64,000 bases of DNA from an uncultured Trueperaceae bacterium (GTDB lineage: Bacteria > Deinococcota > Deinococci > Deinococcales > Trueperaceae), in the NCBI GenBank assembly GCA_963799485.1, contig CAWCXJ010000001.1, forward strand, positions 212,573 to 276,572. The letters are read 5' to 3'. Below, in pieces: positions 59,539 to 64,000 of this stretch. Under the pieces are notes generated by a model. The model made no database searches, was not told where the DNA came from, and was given only the letters and a program-made list of their open reading frames with translations. Each line of letters begins with the position of its first letter. Positions within the stretch are counted from its first letter, which is position 1. The position numbers and the translations under genes were made by a program.

Positions 59539-60084
59539 ATGAAGCTACCCTTGCAGCTTGATGAAATTCGGGCACAGCTCGAGCACGCGAAGCTGGAAGC
59601 TGAACGCGTCACCGCCGGCCTCAGTGAAGCGCAGTTGTGGCAACCGCCGCCGGACGGAGGCTGGTCGGTCGGCGAGTGTCTGGCGCACCTCAATATCTTC
59701 GGTGAAGGGTACGCGCTTAAGTTAAAACCCGCGCTGCAAAAAGCTCGGAGTCGGAAGGGCCAAGGGCCGTTTCGCTTGGGCCTGATTGGAGGCTTTGCCG
59801 TTCGCGCCGTAGCGCCTGATACGAAGGCAAAACTAAAAGCGCCACAATCTTTCCAACCTGAGCCGCAAGCAGGTGTTTTAGAGCGTTTTCTGGCCCTGCA
59901 AGACGAACTGTTAGGAATTGTCCGGCAGGCGGAGGGCCTCGCGCTAACTCGCATCATCATCTCGTCGCCGGCCTCGAGGTTTTTACGGCTGAGTTCGTTT
60001 GAAGCGCTTAACGCCGTAACCGTGCATCAACTTCGGCATCTGGCGCAAGCGGCGCGGGTACAAGAGGCGCTCGAGACGGCCTAG
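59539..60084 (+). CDS. DinB-family protein
   Basis: WSVGECLAHL and H..RH..Q motifs. Confidence 0.85.
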   Translation: MKLPLQLDEIRAQLEHAKLEAERVTAGLSEAQLWQPPPDGGWSVGECLAHLNIFGEGYALKLKPALQKARSRKGQGPFRLGLIGGFAVRAVAPDTKAKLKAPQSFQPEPQAGVLERFLALQDELLGIVRQAEGLALTRIIISSPASRFLRLSSFEALNAVTVHQLRHLAQAARVQEALETA

Positions 60085-60164
60085 CTAAGCGTCTGCTGAG
60101 GTGTTTCTCAGCGTTTCTTTAACGTTTGACCGTAAGCTGGGGGCGAACGAGGAAAGGAAGCTTG

Positions 60165-60872
60165 ATGAAGCAAATTAGAATGAACCGAACCAAGTTACTC
60201 GTGTGTTTCGCCTTGTTATTGCCTTTTGCTATGGCCCAGAGTGCGCCCAAAAGTATCACCGTGAGCGCGACCGGAACCGTTTACGGCGAACCCGACGAGG
60301 CGAGTTTCGACGCGGGAGTCAGCGTCCTCGACGCCGATGTGCAAGCAGCGACGACGGAGGTCGGTCAAAAATCTCAGCGGCTGCTCGCGGCTCTGCGCGC
60401 CGCTGGTGTCGGGGGCAACGACGTCCGCACAAATAATTTTACGGTTTACCCGGAACAAAACTACGACAACAACGGGCAACCGACGCGCCTTCGCTACCGC
60501 GTCACCAACACCGTTCACGTAACCGTTAGAGATACAGCGCAGCTTGGAGCGCTGCTAGGTCGCAGCGTTGAAGCCGGGGCCAACGAAGTTTCAAACATCG
60601 TGTACGCGTTTTCCAATCAGGCTGCTCTGGAGCGACAAGCCAGGGAAGAGGCGATGACGCGCGCCCGCACGAAAGCGACGCAACTCGCGCAGTTCGGCGG
60701 GGCAAAACTCGGGGCGGTGAGGCAGATTACCGAGGGCTTACAGTCCGGGGGTGGGCCTCTACCTAGTTTTCGACTGGAGAGCATGGCCGCAGACGCAAGC
60801 GCCGAGGTGCCGGTCGTAAGCGGTCAACTCGCCGTAACCGTCTCTGTTCGAGTTACCTTCGGTCTAAAGTAA
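60165..60872 (+). CDS. SIMPL (DUF541) periplasmic protein
   Basis: Signal peptide; ITVSATG....PD.A, GAN and A...AR.KA..LA motifs. Confidence 0.9.
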   Translation: MKQIRMNRTKLLVCFALLLPFAMAQSAPKSITVSATGTVYGEPDEASFDAGVSVLDADVQAATTEVGQKSQRLLAALRAAGVGGNDVRTNNFTVYPEQNYDNNGQPTRLRYRVTNTVHVTVRDTAQLGALLGRSVEAGANEVSNIVYAFSNQAALERQAREEAMTRARTKATQLAQFGGAKLGAVRQITEGLQSGGGPLPSFRLESMAADASAEVPVVSGQLAVTVSVRVTFGLK

Positions 60873-61062
60873 GGCATGCAGTAAAGCCACCTAACGTACT
60901 ACCTTGTCAGCATTGTATTGACACATCAGGAAGCGATTGTCTAAGCTAAGCCGGTGAAAAAGTGCTGTGAAGTCGCGCTAAGCGACAAGTAAAGAGGAAA
61001 CCTCGAGCAGTTGACGAAAGTGCGAGTGCGCCGGGTACGGGTGTATAAACGGGCGCGGACAT

Positions 61063-61435
61063 TGTGTGTCTACAACTTTAGACAACCGGATCGTACGCTA
61101 AGCTGCCAGCCCGACGGAGGTAGCTGCACGTTGTTTGGTGACTTCAAAACGTTCCGGGGTTTCAAAACCCAGTGAGCCGTGCAGCCGTTCGCGGTTATAG
61201 TAAATCTCGGTGAACTCAAAGATGGCAGTGCGAACCTCGTTTCGGGTAGTAAAGCGCTCTCGGAGATAGACCAGTTCCCTTTTGAGTGTCGCCTAGAACG
61301 GCAACCTTCGGCCGACGACCGTTGCTGCGCAGCACTCGTCACTCGTGACAGGGAGTGCCTCCGCGCACCTGGTGGGCCTGGTTCTCCAAAAGCTTTCGGT
61401 GACGGCATTGTCGAAACAAGCACCCTTGCTGGTAA
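61063..61435 (-). mobile_element. IS3-family remnant (integrase-core C-terminus and right end) with a 93-bp insertion
   Basis: Minus strand reads CFDNAVTESFWR|TLKRELVY..IFEFTEIYYNRERLHGSLGFETP once 61290-61382 is removed; the end begins TG at 61063. Confidence 0.8.
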
Positions 61436-61544
61436 ACCTAGCGCACATTGCTTGATCGGCGAGTTCTCTTTGATGTGGGTCTCGAGACGCGTTCAGGCAG
61501 TTTGGAAATGAGCCTGGAACTCGAGTTCAGAGTGTCGTCTTTAC

Positions 61545-62112
61545 TATTCCAAGCGTAAGGTTCAAGCCACCGCCTTTAGGCGGTCAGATTTCATCTGCCA
61601 GCCTTAGGGGATGGAGTATCGCTGTGGGAGTCACACGGTTTTCAACATCGAGTACCATTTTGTCTGGGTGACGAAGTACCGCTACAAGGTACTCAAGGGT
61701 GACGCTGCCGAGCGAGTGCGAGAACTGGTACGGCAAACCTGCGAGGCGTTCGAGATACGGATACTGAGTGGGGTAGTCAGTAGCGAGCATGTACACATCT
61801 TGGTAAGCGCTCCGCCGACGCTGGCCCCAAGCGAGATCATGCGGCGAATCGAGGGACGAAGTGCGAGCAAGCTGTTCGAGGAGTTTCCAAAGCTGAAAGG
61901 GCGATATTGGGGCAGACACTTCCGGGCGAGGGGATACTTTTATGCGACAGTCGGGCAGGTAACGGAGGAGATGATCAAGAGCTACTTGGAACACCACTTG
62001 GAACCGACTCGGGACGACAACTTCAAGACGGAGGACTAACGGGTCTACGACCCGTATCCCGACTTTCAGGCGTCGTCTCAAACCCTCCGACTTTAGTCGG
62101 TGTGTTGTTTAG
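61545..62112 (+). mobile_element. IS200/IS605-family element, tnpA only (copy 2)
   Basis: Matches 15407-15974; only one synonymous difference seen (ACC/ACA). Confidence 0.9.
61611..62039 (+). CDS. tnpA: Y1 HUH transposase TnpA
   Basis: Protein identical to that of 15473-15901. Confidence 0.95.
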   Translation: MEYRCGSHTVFNIEYHFVWVTKYRYKVLKGDAAERVRELVRQTCEAFEIRILSGVVSSEHVHILVSAPPTLAPSEIMRRIEGRSASKLFEEFPKLKGRYWGRHFRARGYFYATVGQVTEEMIKSYLEHHLEPTRDDNFKTED

Positions 62113-62342
62113 TCCTTTCCGGCAGTGGAGAGAAGCCGAATCCGCCATCTTTCAGCCGCCGGTTCTTTGGCGTACACTCCAAAACCGCTCTGCTTCGGCG
62201 GGAGGCTAACGGCAGTTGTGCTGACAAGGAAAGCTACAAAAAATGCGCCCTTTCAGGCGCTTATAAAAGCCAGTCTACACCCGTATACGGTATTCGTCAA
62301 GAGTATGCGCTGAAACCCGGACAAAAGTCTGTATAGTCTCAG

Positions 62343-62692
62343 ATGGAACAGAAAAGAGCGGTTTCAGCGTCAGCCCTAGCAGAGTTTACGCGCCCTTATA
62401 AAACACTTCTGCAAGATCGCCGTCTCGGGCTAGGGTTTGACGCGTGCGTGTGGGGGATCATTGGTAGCGGAGGTTGCAAGGTGGCGCAGATGGCGGCGTG
62501 CAATCCACTTACGGCCGGGGTCAAACATAGTGAACGGCGGCTTAGACGCCTGGTGCATGGTGAGAACAAGCGGGCTGAGGTGAATGCTCAAGCCATAGGC
62601 AAGGTGCTCTGTTCAGAAGGCGCGAAACAGCTCAAAGGTGAACACGAAGTGCTCTTGATCATGGATGAATCGGACCTCAGAAAACCTTTTGC
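62343..62692 (+). pseudogene. N-terminal fragment of an IS4/IS701-like transposase, cut by IS5
   Basis: DRR..., LIMDESDLRKPFA first catalytic-Asp motif; ends at the IS5 target. Confidence 0.65.
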
Positions 62693-62694
62693 TA

Positions 62695-63513
62695 GGCTCT
62701 GTTGACAATCTCATGTGCTGAGTTGCTAGAAAAAGGCATGACGCAGGTAAAACTCAAGGCTAGAGAGTGGCATAAAATCAGAGCATTTTTAGATGAGCGC
62801 CCAGAGGTGTACATAGGCCAGGAGAAGCGGTGCCGAAGGTTTATCGAAGGGGTGTTGTGGATAGTGCGTTCGGGGTCTCAGTGGCGACTTTTGCCTAAGC
62901 GGTACGGTCACTGGAACAGCGTCTACAAGCGCTTTGACAGGTGGAGCGAACGAGGGATATGGCAGGAGATGTTTGAGCACTTTGCTGACGATCCTGATAT
63001 AGAAAATGTGATGCTGGACAGTAGCGTGATTCGGGCTCATGCGTGTTCGGCGGGTGCGACACGTAAAAGGGGGGGCAAAAGGCGCAAGCACTCGGCTATA
63101 GCCGGGGCGGGTTTGGTACCAAAGTCCACGTCACCGTCGATGCGCTAGGCAATCCGCTACGGCTGCTTTTAACTGCGGGTCAAGTCCATGAAGCACCTTA
63201 TGCTAAAGCGTTACTCGAAGGTTATGAAGCCGAGTTTGTGCTGGGCGACAAAGCCTATGACGCCCAGCATAGCCGCGACACCATCACCGCGCTGAGTGCA
63301 GAAGCGGTTATCCCACCCAAGCAAAACCGCAAAGAGCAACCTGAGTACGACCAAGAGCTGTACAAAGAGCGGCACCTCACCGAGTGCTTTATCGGCAAGC
63401 TCAAATACTATAGGCGTTGCTTCTCTCGCTTCGATAAGCTTGCTCGCAACTACCTTGGCTTCTTACACTTCGCTTCGGCACTCATCTGGCTGCGGTGAAA
63501 TGTCAACAGAACC
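62695..63513 (+). mobile_element. IS5-family (IS427-group-like) element, apparently intact
   Basis: TIRs GGCTCTGTTGACA / TGTCAACAGAACC; TA on each side within CTAG; orfA and orfB joined at A4G7. Confidence 0.9.
62738..63498 (+). CDS. IS5 transposase expressed by a -1 frameshift at AAAAGGGGGGG (63065-63075)
   Basis: WRLLP..YG.W.SVYKRF.RW, DSS..RAH, then GYSRGGFGTKVH, GDKAYD and ERHL.EC...LK motifs. Confidence 0.88.
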
Positions 63514-63515
63514 TA

Positions 63516-63649
63516 GGCGAAAACGGTAAAAACAAAAAGGCGGCGCTCATTGCCTGTATGGGCATGCTCCTCAGAATTGTTCATGCTGTGCTGGTTCATT
63601 ACCGTCCATTCGATCCTGCTTGCAATCCTTGACTTTTAACACAGCATCT
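63516..63649 (+). mobile_element. IS110-family remnant (transposase C-terminus and right end)
   Basis: GKNKKAALIACMGMLLRIVHAVL...PFDP, then TTGACTTTTAACACAGCATCT, typical of IS110 right ends. Confidence 0.75.
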
Positions 63650-64000
63650 CTAGTGAAGACCTACGGGGAGCGTTGTCGCTGAAGCATTGTCTCTACGCGC
63701 AGTCGGTTTTCGGGAGCCTTGACTTTTGCGAGCATCGTAGTTTGAGGTAGTAAGTGCTGTTTGATATTCGCTTTTTGAGGTAAAACTCGCTAAGCTCTCA
63801 TACAGCTAACGACAGAAACCGCCTTGCAAGTGATTTTTAGCATGCGTGACCACCGTATAAGAGTTTTGCGTGTAAGAGTTTTGTAAGTGTAGCCAGACTA
63901 TCTTGGGGGTTATGACTACCATGCTAAGCAAACCGTCATCAAGTATTGCTACGCTCGCCGGGTTCGCCGAACCGCGCGCTCAGCTTGTTGTCGAGCTGAC

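Noticed and set aside
61026..61060. Group II intron 5' end (GTGCGCCGGG...)
   Set aside because: Similarity covers only ~20 nt; no domain V and no reverse transcriptase; the following DNA is an IS3 remnant.
63857..63886. TAAGAGTTTTG direct repeat near the window end
   Set aside because: Only two copies, and the downstream gene is outside the window, so it cannot be interpreted.
63516..64000. Functional IS110 bridge-RNA system
   Set aside because: Only the last ~38 codons and the right end remain; the recombinase core and left non-coding end are missing.

Overview
GC-rich (about 60%) bacterial chromosomal window, probably Deinococcota (Truepera-like). This is inferred from the short C-terminal domain of CarB, the gene content and the abundant CTCGAG. 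Core genes: reductive pyrimidine catabolism (end of preA, hydA, NitT/TauT-type ABC importer) interrupted by a vapBC pair; tRNA-Ile2(CAT); a lytic transglycosylase; HxlR/wrbA; kynB-kynU; a SHOCT plus two-component locus; PadR-HAAS; MoxR/DUF58; ispF; carB; pheA; and pyrR-pyrB-ridA-pyrC with a PyrR attenuator. Accessory parts: an AraC-controlled sugar/cyclitol catabolic cluster that includes a levoglucosan-dehydrogenase-like enzyme; two near-identical tnpA-only IS200 copies; IS1, IS1595, IS3, IS4, IS5 and IS110 elements or remnants; a low-GC MtlR/HEPN-like gene; and a frameshifted surface lipoprotein with a 39-Gly linker. The most unusual signals are three. (1) Three ~47-bp direct repeats each bracket exactly one toxin-antitoxin module, like a cassette array with no visible integrase. 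(2) A non-palindromic 10-mer, TTTTACGGCG, occurs at least 18 times against about 0.1 expected, on both strands and in several reading frames, like a DNA-uptake or Chi-type signal. (3) An ABC permease carries a ~350-aa insertion of virion-type beta repeats. All family calls come from motif recognition by eye, and all counts are manual.
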